A stretch of DNA of 64,000 bases from Octopus bimaculoides (taxonomy: Eukaryota), in the NCBI RefSeq assembly GCF_001194135.2, contig NC_068983.1, positions 167,428,335 through 167,492,334 on the forward strand, given 5' to 3'. Positions 22,725-35,329 of the stretch are shown here, piece after piece; position 1 is the stretch's first letter; the number at the start of each line of letters is the position of its first letter. Below the pieces are notes generated by a model. That model made no database searches, was not told where the DNA came from, and saw nothing but the letters and a program-made list of their open reading frames with translations. A program made the translations under genes and the position numbers.

Positions 22725-23080
22725 TCATTTGACTGTGGCCATGCTGGAACACTGCCTTTAGCTTAACAAATCAACCCCAGGACTTATTCTTTGTAAGCCT
22801 AGTACTTATTCTGTTAGTTTCTTTTGTCAAACTTCTAAGTTACAGAGGCGTAAGCACACCAACATCGGTTGTCAGGTGATGGTGGGACAACAAACACAGA
22901 CGCACAAATACATATATACATATATATATATATATACACACACATACATACGATGGGCTTCTTTCAGTTTCTGTCTATCAAATCCACTCGCAAGGCTTTG
23001 GTTGGCCTGTGGCTTTAGTAGACGACACTTGACCAAGGTGCCACACTGGGACCATGTAGTTGGGAAGCAAGCTTTGTGTA
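22725..23080 (-). mobile_element. Composite tRNA-derived SINE in RPL13A intron 5
   Basis: Same family as 9578-9969. Confidence 0.8.
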
Positions 23081-23479
23081 TGGTTTAAAATACAGAAATT
23101 GTTCAGTGAATTGTTGATTTGCATTCATTAAGTTTTGTTTAATTCTGTTTGTAATGAAATCTTGATATGAGACTTAACAGATGTATTTTAATGATTTCCT
23201 TTTTCAAAATTAATATTTTCTAAAAAAAAAAAAAAAAACCTGCTTTTAATGTAGCATTACTTTTAAACCTTTTGTTACAAACGTTCTACGGAGGTCCAAG
23301 GATTTTGTTTCAATCAATTTTGTAGACCATAAGATAGTGTAAAATTTTGATGGAGGGTTCACGATCATTTTTAAAATGGAAATTTCTATATTATAGAACC
23401 TGAGGCAATTTCAAGTGGATTTAGTATCAGAAGGGTCAATTGCTTTTTCACAATTGATCCACTGTTATGATCTCAGTAT

Positions 23480-23564
23480 ATCAGCTGTGTTAATGATGAC
23501 TTTAATTACCTACATTGCTTGAGTTTTTGTCTGAGAATTAACTAAATCTGACAACTCGGCTGAT
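23480..23564 (+). ncRNA. Box C/D snoRNA, U34(SNORD34)-like copy 1 (28S Um at the human U2824 equivalent)
   Basis: Box C ATGATGA 23493-23499, guide TTACCTACATTG complementary to 28S CAAUGUAGGUAA, D' TTGA 23519-23522, box D CTGA 23548-23551, stem atcagctg/cggctgat. Confidence 0.9.
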
Positions 23565-24364
23565 TTACAGGTGTTCTTATGGACTTCATCCCTTTTTCTG
23601 TGTTCGTATTTCCATTTACTCTTGGTCTCGTTTTGATCATTGTCAGGACTCTTGACATGGGCAATGTCTTGGTTTCTAAGAGTATTTGTCCACTGATTAC
23701 ATGTTTGGGGTTTACGGTCTCAGTAGTCACATTACAGTTTGTACAAAATTTACTTTGCTTTTTCAAATTAATTTATTTTGAACCCTTTTAATACCAGCCT
23801 GTCTGAATCGTATGAATTCCCGTGTGTAGAACACAAATTTGCAAACATTTTCTGCCAGTTCCAAAATAAAAAGTTGAAGGATTATATGGGGTGCTTGAAC
23901 CAGAATTCTGTTATGTTTAGTTGTGTCACTTGTCTTGATGTCCCGTGATGCTTGTGGGCAACTGTTGCTCTCAGATTTCCTGTCTTCCCTGGAAAACGGT
24001 TGGCCCTGGTGAAATTTTCCCTTGCTTGGAAACCAGTAAGAGCTTATGAAAAGAAGGGCGTTTGGTTGTAGATCTACCTTAACAAGTTCCGTCTAACTCA
24101 TGCAATCATGGGAACGTGGATATTTCTTAGTAACAGCATTACCATCATCTTCATTTCATGTACATGTTGCTGGACTGAAATAATTTGATCCTTCTTTCTA
24201 ATTACATTTTGTAATGACAATCAATAATTTCGTCTTATTAATAAGACCAATGAGAGCAAGTTAACGACGAAGTACTGAGTTAGCTCCCCTACCATTTCAT
24301 TCGCTGCTGCTTTTCTCCCTTTAGATGCAGCACATTGCATATTTCATAAGTTGGTCTCGATTGT

Positions 24365-24450
24365 ATCAGCTGTGTTAATGATGACTTTAACTTACCTACA
24401 TTGCTTGATTTTTCTATGAGAATTAATCAGAATCTGATAACTCAGCTAAT
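24365..24450 (+). ncRNA. Box C/D snoRNA, U34-like copy 2
   Basis: Box C 24378-24384, guide CTTACCTACATTG, D' TTGA 24405-24408, box D CTGA 24434-24437, stem atcagctg/cagctaat. Confidence 0.9.
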
Positions 24451-25332
24451 TTACAAGAGCTGCTCTGTATTGGCAGGTTTTTACTCTGAAACAGTTTAAT
24501 CTCAACTTTTTGACTGATTTTTCCTGTTTGAAGTGTTTGGCATAATCCCTTCTGAATTTAGCTTGTGACAATGCAATAATTAGGATGTCTTATGAGAATT
24601 TAAAATGTTGTGTGAGTGAGTAACTACAAAACATGGTTAATATCAGCCTGGGGTTATAAATTGTGATGATTATTCATGTTCTTGGTTTTCTTTGTTAAAA
24701 TTATTGTCAGTCACTAAACATCTCCGTTTAATGATAACTTTTGATGCTTTTACCAAATATAAAGAGAATCTTGAATTGGTTTCTTAACCCTTTTGTTACC
24801 ATATTTCTGTTGGATGCGTTTGTTTCAATTACATTTGAAAAAGAATGTAGTAAACTTGCAACGTAAATTAACATTTTTTGAGTTTTTTTTTAGCACAAAG
24901 TTTGTATCTTGGATTTGATTTGTAAATGTGTTCTTTGGGGATAACTTTGCAAGAAGTTCTTGAATAAATTACGTAATATTTATTGCTCTATAAAAATATT
25001 AGTTGCTTGGGAGCAGGAAAGGCATTTGGCTGTTGAGAATCTACTTTCAGTGAATTTTGTCTGACTTGCATATATGGATGAATAATTGGTAAAAACCCCA
25101 TTCCTAATGTACACCAACGATCATGATGTCCTATCACCAAGTTTCATCCAAATTCTTATCTGCAGACTATTTTAGAATGTTCATCTGTTTTTTTTTGTTT
25201 TTTTTTCCTTCATATTTAAGCAGTAATGGTTCTGCTCAACTTTATTATTTATACTTGATTTGTTTTATTAAAAGTCTCACTAATCTTTTGTTTCCTGTAC
25301 ATTGTTGTATAGATGGATTCCCCTTTCTGGTG

Positions 25333-25423
25333 GAGTTAGCTGTGTCGATGATGATTATAACATTTACCTACATTGTTTGATGATTGATGTAAAGAAACCA
25401 AACACTGATGACTCAGCTGATTC
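25333..25423 (+). ncRNA. Box C/D snoRNA, U34-like copy 3
   Basis: Box C 25348-25354, guide TTACCTACATTGT, D' TTGA 25377-25380, box D CTGA 25405-25408, stem gagttagctg/cagctgattc. Confidence 0.9.
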
Positions 25424-25577
25424 TGTTCTTGTCGCAGTTTCCTCTCTTGCCATCCTATTGTTACTGTTTACTGCAAATATCCAAATGTTAACCAATGTCA
25501 CATCTTGGTTACTTTTGTTTGTTTATTTTTACATGTAATTATTAAATCTGAACATTTTGAAAATTCTTCTGTTTCAG

Positions 25578-25700
25578 TACTGCGATTTGAATCGATTGGC
25601 ACATGAAGTTGGCTGGAAATACCAACCTGTCATTGCCAGTTTAGAAGCTAAAAGAAAGGCTAAATCTAGCATCTTTGTTGGAAAAGCAAGATCTGATGCA
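25578..25700 (+). CDS. RPL13A: RPL13A exon 6 (YCDLNRLAHEVGWKYQPVIASLEAKRKAKSSIFVGKARSDA)
   Basis: Conserved LAHEVGWKY. Canonical splice sites. Confidence 0.97.
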
Positions 25701-25790
25701 GTAAGTTTTTCATTTCTTAATATTATTTTTGTTCCAAACTTTTTTGTGTTATTGGTCTAATCTTTTTCTTTTTGTTTTCTTCATTTACAG

Positions 25791-25874
25791 GCCTTGAAGA
25801 GAAAAGCTAAAGAGACTGTGAGCAAAAAGATTCGAAATTATGAGAAAGTAATCAAACGTTATGGTTACAGATAG
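25791..25874 (+). CDS. RPL13A: RPL13A exon 7 (ALKRKAKETVSKKIRNYEKVIKRYGYR*)
   Basis: Acceptor tttacag|, TAG at 25872-25874. The seven exons sum to 612 nt, giving 203 aa. Confidence 0.93.
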   Translation, partial: ALKRKAKETVSKKIRNYEKVIKRYGYR

Positions 25875-25894
25875 ATTCATTGCATGGAGAGTGT

Positions 25895-25900
25895 AATAAA
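25895..25900 (+). terminator. RPL13A: Likely RPL13A polyadenylation signal AATAAA
   Basis: Lies 20 nt after the stop codon and is followed by a GU/U-rich tract. Confidence 0.75.
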
Positions 25901-26129
25901 GTGATATTGGCTAAGATAAATTTTGTTTGATGTTTTTCATTATACAACCGAGTGGTCACTTTTGCAAGGTATTCTGCATACTTTAGCTCAGCATATATCA
26001 AATAAAATGAATACAAGCTATTTAATTACAGCATACAAAGAGTGACTGTTACCTTGTGTTCTCAGTTGGTGGATATCTTTGAACGTCCATTTTTCCATTC
26101 TTGCATGGATCAGACAGTTTATGGGAGAC

Positions 26130-28665
26130 ATGCATAAATAACCTTTTGATCTGCAACACGAACTACACGCAGCCAGTCAGGTGTCTGTGCTAGCTAGATT
26201 GATTACATTCTCACCAAACAGTGTGGTGCATAGTTGCTCCTAAATACAAGGACCCTCCCTGGTGAGCGATGTACCCCTCAGCATAGATTAGTCATTAGTG
26301 ACGTTAGACTCAAGGCCAGAAGGATGCCAAGACATAAACGAATCTGGAAAAGGATTTGGGAGCTTAAAGACTCTTCATATGGTCAGAGATTTAGGGACAT
26401 CCTGAAAGGGGCGGGGAGCTATAAACTTGTGGCATGAAGGGCAACTGGGGATTCCTGAGGGACAGCTTGCTGAGTGCTACAGACTAAATCTGGCTGGAAG
26501 TCCCATCCAAACCTAGGGTAATGTGAAAGAATGATGTAGACAGGGCCATTAGAGCTAAGAAACAGTCCTGGAAGAATGGGGGTAGCAGGGCACGGGTATA
26601 GCTAGCCGAGCGAGAAGCAGAAAAGAAGTATAATTCTGTTTGGCATTTGGATTGCAAGAGACAGTGTGAGAGAGAAAACTGTGATGCCTTAGGAGAGAAT
26701 TGTGTCTGCATGGATGATGGTGCACTTGCATTTAATGATTCTGCAAAGAAAGAGGCTTGGAGATGCCATTGTGAAAGACTGCTGAATGTAGAGAATGAAT
26801 GGGAGGAGGAGAGTCTGCCAAAGGTTGACCCAATTGAGAGACCAGCTACATAAATTGACAGTAACTTGGTAGATAAAGCAATTAAGGACATGAAGATAGG
26901 GAAAGCCCATGGCCCATCAGGAATCACCACTGAAATGCTTAAAATATCTGCTAGTGTGGGTTATGGTTTAGTCACTTGTATTGTAAATCAGGTGGTTCAT
27001 GGAGTCATACCCTATGACTGATGTAGCAGCACCATAGTCAACTGCTACAAAGGTAAAGGTGATGCCTTAGAAATAGAGGTATCAGATTGCTGGGACAGGT
27101 GATGAAAGTCACGGAGAGGGTCATAGCTCAACTAATTAGGGAGAGCTTAGATGAAATACTGTTTGGTTTTGTACCTGGGAGAAGCACCACTGATGCTATA
27201 TTTCTGCCAAGACAGCTACAGGAGAATTACATAGCCAAAGATAAACCTCTGTACTTGGCCTTTCTTGACTTGGAGAAGGCCTTTGACAGGGTCTCCTGAT
27301 CCCTTATCTGGTGGTCAGTGTGGTAGCAAGGGCTAGACAAGTGGTTGGGAAGAACTTTACAAGCTATGTACAGGGGTGCTACCAGTAAGATGAGGGTTTG
27401 TAATTAGTAAAGCAAAGAATTCAGGGTACAAGTTGTGGTTCACCAAGGATCAGTGCTCAGCCCGCCTCTTGTTCATGGTCCTCCAGGCAACAACACTAGA
27501 AGTTCCAGGTATGGAAGCAAGGTCTAGAATTAAAGAGCCTTAGAGTTAACCTACCAGTCATAGTAAGTAGAAAGGCAGACAGATCACAAACCCCTTCAGG
27601 TAGATGGCCCTATGCACCATGTAGAAAAGGTGTAGGCAGAAACTCCATAAGATGCACCCATTGTAATCTTTGGACACAAGGTGCAGCAATGTCAGAAACT
27701 AGCTTTAGTATGCAGAAGATGCACAGGTGGAAATGGGCAGAAAATAGATTCAGTTGACTGCCGGGGTAGGGGGAGGGGCAAGCTAGAGGTAGTAGATAGC
27801 TTCTGTTGTCTAGGTGACCAGGTTAGTAGTGGAGGCGGATTCTGTGAGTAAAGATTAGGATGGACAAAGTTCAGAGAGCTCTTACCCCTGCTGGCAACAA
27901 AGGCCTCTCTCACAGTGAAAGGCAGATGATATGATGCCTGTGTGCCAACAGCTATGCTGCATGGCAGTGAACCTTGGGTTGTGACAGCCGAACATGTGTA
28001 GGCTTGAATGAAATGAAGCCAATGTGCTTCACTGGATGTGCAACAGTGTAAGCATCTTGAGAGAAAAGTTAGGCCTAAAAGGAATCAGATGTGTGCAAGA
28101 GGTAACTGCACTGGTATGGTCATGTGATGGACGAGGACAGGTGTGCAAAGAAGTGCCAATCTCTACTGTGGTAGAGGTAGACCCGGGAAGACGTGGAACA
28201 AGGTGGTGAAGCATGATCTTCAAAATTTGAGCCTCACAAATGCAATGACTTGCTGATGTGCTGTTCTTGAGAAGACCTGTCAAGCCAAGTTCACCCATGC
28301 TAGTGATGTGTAAAGAACACTTTGAATGTTGGCCTCATGGAGGCAAAGTGGCTGAGTTCCTTTCGAGTGTTGAGCCTCATGAAGGCAATGACCGAGACCT
28401 TTGGCATTATGTCATGCTTGAGAAGAAGGCACATCAAGCCGAGCAAAATCACAGTCGTGGCAGATACTGGTGTTGCGTAAAAGCACCCCAGTGTTACACA
28501 AATGGCACCCTTGCTGGTGGCATATAAATGCACCCATTGCACTCGAAGTGGTTGACATTAAGAAGGGCATCCAGCCATAGAAACCATGCCGGAGCGGACA
28601 CCAGTCTAGTGCAGCCCAAGTCGAACCCCTTCTTGCATGGACAACTGATGTTAAATGCTGATGAA
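26130..28665 (+). mobile_element. Large degraded RTE-clade LINE (APE end, RT, C-terminus, 3'UTR)
   Basis: QHRLVISD (APE end), MKVTERVIAQLI...FGFVPGRSTTDAIF..RQLQE...LYLAFLDLEKAFDRV (RT), GRPGKTW (C-terminus). Many stops and frameshifts. Confidence 0.9.
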
Positions 28666-29115
28666 TGACACTGCTTTTATGATGGATCACAATGCTATGC
28701 CAAGTAGACTTGTGCTCTTGGCTTCTTCTAATTTCCATTCACCCACAAGGCTTAATTGAGCCAGTTTAGGGCTGTAGGTGAAGCCCAACATGCTATGCAT
28801 TAATCTCAAAACCACATGGTTTGGGGTCTCTTTAATACCTCTTTCCAGAATTGTAGTAATATCCTAAAGTCCCATTTGTTCACTCTTGCTCTTATTGCCA
28901 TGTTTTACTCCTCAAAGTATAACTGGTACATTCACTGGGTCTATGGGGTTAATGTGTCTTCTGAAATGAGTTGCGATGGGCAGAGGAGACAAACTTACTG
29001 ACCTTTTACATATCCAGTAGAATTTTTCATGGAAGTATATTTGTTTCATGTTCTTTGTGGTCTGCTGCTGAAATTCCAGCCTTGACAAGATTCTGTCATT
29101 ACAATATGGAAGGTA

Positions 29116-30343
29116 TCAGGCTGAATAAAAAGTAAGCAACGTTTTGAAACGGGAAATTCATCACAATATATTTTAACAAAGTGGAAATTTTATTTATCAA
29201 AGTAAGTACCATTAGAATCAATACATTACAAGTTACAAGTTTGTTTATTCCGGTAACATTAAAATCTGGGGTTCTGGAGTTGATGAACTCTTTGACTACA
29301 CTTTCAGCATCGGTTTGATTTTTGAACTTCTTATCTCGAAGGAAACCATCAAGGTGCTTGAAAAAGTGGTAGTCGGTAAGAGAAAGGTCTGGGGAATAAG
29401 CAGGATGGGGAAGAACTTTGTATCCAAGTTCCCTCAATTTCTGGAAGGTCATTAGTGAAATGTGTAATCGAACATTGTCATGAAAAATGATTGACCCTCT
29501 TCTGTTGACCAGTCTGGGATGGAGGAGTAGCAGTTTTTCATTGATTTTGGCAATTTCATAATATGCTTCTGTAGTAATGGTTTTTCCGGGTTTTAAGAAA
29601 TTATAGGGGATGAGTCCAACTGTGCACCACCGGTCACCATAACCTTCCTTTTGATGAGTTCGGGTTTAGGGAAGGTTTTCGGTGCNNNNNNNNNNCCAAC
29701 CACTGCGAAGTTACAATATGGTCGAGAAATAGATGGGTCTGGTTACGAAGAAGAAGCGACGAGCAACTTTCATATCTGCGCATTTTCTGATTTTCATTCA
29801 AATCGTGTGGTACCCATTTGTCGAACTTTTTTGATTTCCCAATCTCATGCAAATGGTTGCAGACAATTTTCTGGCTAATTTGAAGTTCTTTTGCCAGTTC
29901 TCGAGTGGTTTTTACGTGGATCTTTCTCAATGACAGTCTTTAATCGACCGTCATTGATGACAGATGGGGGTCCTCTATGCTCACGATCTTCAAGCCTCAG
30001 GTCTCCCCACTTCAAAATTATTTAAACCATTTTCGAGCTGACCACTCACTGGTCATTTCCTAACCAAATGTTTCGTTGATATCGCGAGCAGTTTCAGCTG
30101 CTTTACGTCCTTTTTTGAAGTTGAATAGCGAAATTGCTCAAATATTGCGCTTTGACTATTTCATTTCAGATGACTGTAACAACGGTGAAAAAAAATATCA
30201 ATATTTATTGATGCATTTGGGCAAATCTATGTCTGTATTATCAGATAATTGCAAAAAATTGTTTATAAAAATTCAAAACTCTGCAAAAATCCGTTTCAAA
30301 TTTTTCATGATTCAAAACGTTACTTAATTTTTATTCAACCTCA
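29116..30343 (-). mobile_element. Full-length inactive mariner (Hsmar1/cecropia-like), 33-bp TIRs, TA TSD
   Basis: TIRs 29116-29148 and 30311-30343 match at 29/33, with TA on both sides. Transposase motifs FKKGRKAAETARDIN, WVPHDL and HPAYSPDLSLTDYHFF. Several in-frame stops. Confidence 0.92.
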
Positions 30344-30639
30344 TAGTTGAACAATGGTCAAGCAAGTCTGATGGGAAACTTTTCTAAGTTCTCTTCGAAA
30401 AGTTATGCTTGCTATTCAATAGCTTTGGTAATTGACTTGTTCAATTCAAAAAGTCTGCACGTTACATTTGATGCAGATTTTTTTTTCTTTCTTGTTCACC
30501 GTGCAGCAGTTTCTTTTAAATAGTGTTGCTATACAAAGTTTAAGATTTGAAAAAGAGGCAGAATGTTACAGAAGAATCTCTGTGAGAAGATCCGGCAAGT
30601 TAAGTGAGACCATAATCCTGGCAGCCCAGTTATGCGTAA

Positions 30640-31122
30640 CATTCCTTCATTGGACACTAAACTTGGCTTGTGAAGACCTGTTGAGGCAAGTGAAATCGAA
30701 ATCGTGATGGCACCCATACCAGTGGAGCGCTAAGAGCATCATCTGAGTGTGATCGTTGTCAGAGCAGCTGTCTGGCTTCTGTGCCAGTGGCACGTAAATA
30801 GCATCATTTTAGTGTGATCGTTACCAGTGTCACCTTACTGGCACGTGAAGAAACATTTGAGAATGGTCGTTGTCAGTGCCGCTGGACTGGCATGTAAAAA
30901 ACACCATTTTGAGCATGGCTGTTGCCAGTACCGCCTGACTAGCCTTTGTGCCAGTGGCACGTAAAAGCACCCACTACACTCTCAGAGTGGTTGGCGTTAG
31001 GAAGGGCATCCAGCTGTAGAAACTCTGCCAAATTTAGATTGGAGCCTGGTGTTGCCATCTGGTTTCACCAGTCCTCAGTCAAATCGTCCAACCCATGCTA
31101 GCATGGAAAGCGGACGTTAAAC

Positions 31123-31159
<37 letters not shown>
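30640..31159 (+). mobile_element. RTE LINE 3'UTR with internal ~60-bp modular repeats and (GAT)n tail
   Basis: Repeated tggcacgtaaaa modules, ending gttaaac(gat)n. Confidence 0.85.
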
Positions 31160-31161
<2 letters not shown>

Positions 31162-31366
31162 ATATGCAGATATATGTAAATATAAGTGTGCAAGTTTGTA
31201 TTTGTGTGTATGTATTNNNNNNNNNNNNNNNNNNNNNNNNNNNNNNNNNNNNNNNNNNNNNNNNNNNNNNNNNNNNNNNNNNNNNNNNNNNNNNNNNNNN
31301 NNNNNNNNNNNNNNNNNNNNNNNNNNNNNNNNNNNNNNNNNNNNNNNNNNNNNNNNNNNNNNNNNN

Positions 31367-31589
31367 TTTGAAACTAATAATCGATTGATTGGTATATTGA
31401 TTGCAGAATATAAAAGTAATTGAATGAAGAATTCCACGTTACAAATCTGACTAACAGAGTATCCGATAAGACTATTGTAATCTTTATAGGTTATTTATAC
31501 AATGTGACAGATGCAACCTAAATTTGAAACTAATAATCGATTGATTGGTATATTGATTGCAGAATATAAAAGTAATTGAATGAAGAATT
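31367..31589. repeat. Perfect 67-bp direct repeat, period 156 bp, next to an N-gap
   Basis: 31367-31433 is identical to 31523-31589. Confidence 0.9.
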
Positions 31590-32429
31590 ATATTCATATG
31601 ATATTTTACACATCTACATATGTTTCAAATGATTTAATGATCTGCATTCACTACTCAGTCAATCAATTTATGGAACAGTCGTCTCCTGGCCCGTTCATGT
31701 TTGACTTTAAAAGTAACTGTTGAATTTTCTTCAGACAGACTTAGTGGAAGGGTGTAGCTGATAGTAGACATATTGGATTTCCTTTTATTATCTATCCACT
31801 ATGGTGAGTTCATATTCCTGGGAGGCATCGGTGTAATCAAATGTTGGTGAATTTAATTCTGTGAGAAAAACTTTTAGAAATAAGAAATAATAAAGACTGT
31901 TTAATGATGATATTAATTTATCCATTTAAGGAGAAGAACAAAGTTAAAGCATCTAGGTTAGTTGAAGGCTTTACAGCCGGATACCCTTCCTGGTGCTAAC
32001 CTTTACATGTTTGTAAGTAGTGGTCTTTTTACTTCATACACCGTTAAAAGTGAAGAACTTGTACACGAAAAATATATTGAGGGGTACGCTTTGATGTGAT
32101 ACACTTTACCAGAACTCTTTGATTCAGATCTCATAAAATATTCCATTCTAAAATCACAGCACTTATGGACCAAGACTTAGATTGTTATGGAGGAGAGTCA
32201 TTTAATGCTGCTGTTGCTTTCACTTTCACTTCTCTCCTCCGCCATGGCTTTTCTCTCTTCTCTCATCCACCAACCACCAGTTTATTGAGTCTTCAATGTT
32301 AGTCCAATGCTGTCAATCATTTGTACCATTAAATCTTGCCTCTGCAGAACATCACTAATTTTCTTACATTTTTCTGTTTTATAATTTTATCATCATTATT
32401 ATTATTGTTGTTTTTATTATGTTTTCTTT

Positions 32430-33960
32430 ATTAACCACAAAGGGTCCACAAAAAAAACAAACATTGTGGAGGGTACAATACAATACAGCGTGGGGGTTAC
32501 ATAAAATGAAGTGTGAAATTGATGAAATGAATTTTAACAATGAAAAATTTCCCAAAAGAGAAAGACTTCTAGGGCTGCTTGTGGAAATCCCCTACAACCA
32601 TAGAGGCCTTGACCACGGGGAAAGTGCCCACTCCTCATCGTCTATAGGTGCATGCTTAGAGTAGGCCCATCCTTGCAACATTCACCTACCTTTCAACAAA
32701 ATTGCAGCACTTCCGTCTCTCTCACTTTCCTTTTCAAGATAACTTCAAAAAGTTGATGAGGGTTGAAGAGGAAATTGTCTGTCTTCAGCTCTTTTAATCT
32801 GGTCCACCACCCAACCTTTTTTGCTAAGGTTACCAAACAAACAAAAAAAAAAACATTACCTGCCCTTCCCAGCCAAAAGAAGGCAGTGGGATAGTCTTTA
32901 CAATAGACTCAGCCAATAGCTGGATCTGTCCTACATGTGACAGCAGGTGTTCAACACAAACCCACAGATCAGCAATATTTGGACCCTGGACAAGAGTGTG
33001 TAGAACAGTTTTGTTGCTTTGCATGCCCTTCAGGCAATTACTCATAGGCCTTGGTCCATAAGTTCTCTGGAACTGACCAGTTGATTCTCATTGATGCCCA
33101 GAGTCTTCCCGAGAATGTCATCACACCACTAACCCTCTAGAGAACATCAGAGTGGAACCTCTGCATACTGCATTGTCCAACTGATAGGATTGTGAGTGCC
33201 TGATGACAATCTAGGTGCCAGGCACACTGCCTCTGCCTACACTGGATCCAGGACTGCAGCTCAATCGAAAAGATGAGCTGTGAAAAATCCGGTCTGACAA
33301 ATGGTGACCACACCTGCTCCCTGTCAAAGGAAGCGCTGAAAGTGTCATTGCATGTCTGTACATCAGCAGCCATGGCATGCCCAGTCCTCCATTCAGCAGG
33401 TGTTGATAGCAAATGGAGCAGTTGGCCAGTGGGAAGCAACCCTTCTACAGAAAGCAGAAGAGTATGCACACCACTTTGGTCAGACATAATAAACTGGAGA
33501 AAGGCACAATGGCCAGGGGGTCATGTATAGCAGAGGCAATGTAAGCATTCACCACATTCTGCCCAACCTTTCAGGGATAGCTTTCTTTTGGCCCATTTCT
33601 GGGTGAGAATGGCCACCCTGTTTATCACCCCATCCCAGTTCCTCTCCACCTGGAAATCTAGACCAAACCAGACTCTGAGCAATTTAACTGGTCCTTCTGT
33701 CCAGCATCGCATGACATTATTAGATGGCATAGACCTGCCTCTCCAGGTGTCAAGCTGCAAGTCCACTGGTTCTTCTTGGTTAATTTTTTTGCTCCTGTTA
33801 TTGCCCCCATATTCTTTTGGAACAGTGCTGACGAGGTAGGTCGAAGTGCTTAGTGTTCAACATGATGAAGATGACATCATCTGCATATGCTAACACAGTT
33901 CTCACGCATCCTAGTTTGCATGGGATGCCTTTCAATATCTCCAGTTTTTGCAGTAGTGGA
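32430..33960 (-). mobile_element. Degraded Tx1/L1-like LINE RT to C-terminus
   Basis: VLAYADDV motif, then LLRVWFG...NWDGVINRV...KWAKRKLSLKG, typical of Tx1-like ORF2. Confidence 0.7.
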
Positions 33961-33989
33961 AAAACAACAACAATAATAAAATTTTCAAA

Positions 33990-34170
33990 TTTTGGCACAA
34001 GGCCAGCAGTTTTGGGGAGAGGGATGAGTCAATTACATCGACCCCCCAGCATTCAACTGATAGTTATTTCATTGACCCCTAAAGGACAAAAGGCAAAGCA
34101 ACCCCAGTGGAATTTGAACTCAAAATGTAAAGATGGACGAAATGCAATGATAACAATTGATGTCCCATAA
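33990..34170 (-). mobile_element. tRNA-derived SINE (family of 2368-2583), decayed
   Basis: gagttcaaattccactggggttgcttttgccttttgtcctttaggggtcaatgaaataac. Confidence 0.7.
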
Positions 34171-35329
34171 GAAGTAACAGTTTGCTTGATAGCTGTACTT
34201 TTCATTGGGAAAGAGCTTAGTTTCTAAACCTGTTTAATAATCACATCTTATTCTCCTGACATTTACTATATTATTCTCTGGCAAACTCTTAATACAAATT
34301 GTAAAATCAATCAATATTTGCTGGTGATATATCAAGAGTTCAGTTCATTGAATGAATTGTTTTAAAGAGGTGAACTATTTCTACTTCTCATTTCATGGAT
34401 GGAAAGGATTTTGTTCTGTATTTTTAACTATATTTTCATTAGGAAAGTATTTAATCCTTTTTGTTACCATAATTCTGTTGAAATAGACTGACTTTGTTCT
34501 GATTATTTTTTAATATAATGGAGAAATTAGTTAAATAACTGTTATTGTTAAGATGGTGTTTGGAAAATATATTAATATGAAATTTTAATTGAAGGTTTTA
34601 ATTCACTTTCAAATAGAAAGTTTGTGTCATGAAATCAACTTTGGTTTCAGGTGCATTGGTAGCAAAGGGGTTCAGTTATTATTTCAAAAGTTAAACTTAG
34701 GCTCTTTACTTTCAATGTGTTGGGTTTATCTTTTCACTGGTTACATTTGAAGTTGAACCATTTCACTTCATGTATCCATGTAAATAAACTTCTTGTTTTT
34801 TTTGTTTTTTTTTGAAGTATTAGTATATTCTACTCCTGGTATGCTCACACTTGCATAAAAATGTTCCTAAACCATCAAAAATTCCAATCTTCCTGAAATC
34901 TACCAATATCACTCCTGTCGTGTCCATCCACCCTTTCCATTTTATGGCTCTTTTATTGTTCACTTTTCTATCTTTTTGTGTCATATTTCTGTGTACAGGA
35001 CAGGTATTTCTAGCTTTCATTGCATCCTTTCTTTACTTAACCAATGTCTTCTTTCTGTCCCCATTTTTAGCTTTTTCTGACAAGTTATAATGTACCCGAG
35101 CACTATATACAGTAAGTTCATCATCATTATCATCATCATTTGTTTTTCTTCTTCCTTCAATTTTGTTTCCATTTCTTGCCAAGTGTCTTCCCATCACCTA
35201 AGACAGGGACACACTATACATTGAGAAGCCACTAAAATAAACCCACCAGATTGTTCATTTACAAAGTTATGTGAAAACAACAACAACAGACAAAAAAGGC
35301 ATGCTGATGTTTCTTGACATTTGACAGTC

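Noticed and set aside
30780-30970. Repeated tggcacgtaaaa modules as a CRISPR-like array
   Set aside because: Eukaryotic context and related spacers; these are internal repeats of an RTE 3'UTR found throughout the window.
31788-31858. Minus-strand terminal exon candidate (ELNSPTFDYTDASQEYELTIVDR*) and a phase-compatible exon at 41366-41496
   Set aside because: Splice sites are good but there is no homology, the peptide is unremarkable, and it overlaps the plus-strand candidate exon. It cannot be separated from chance without RNA data.
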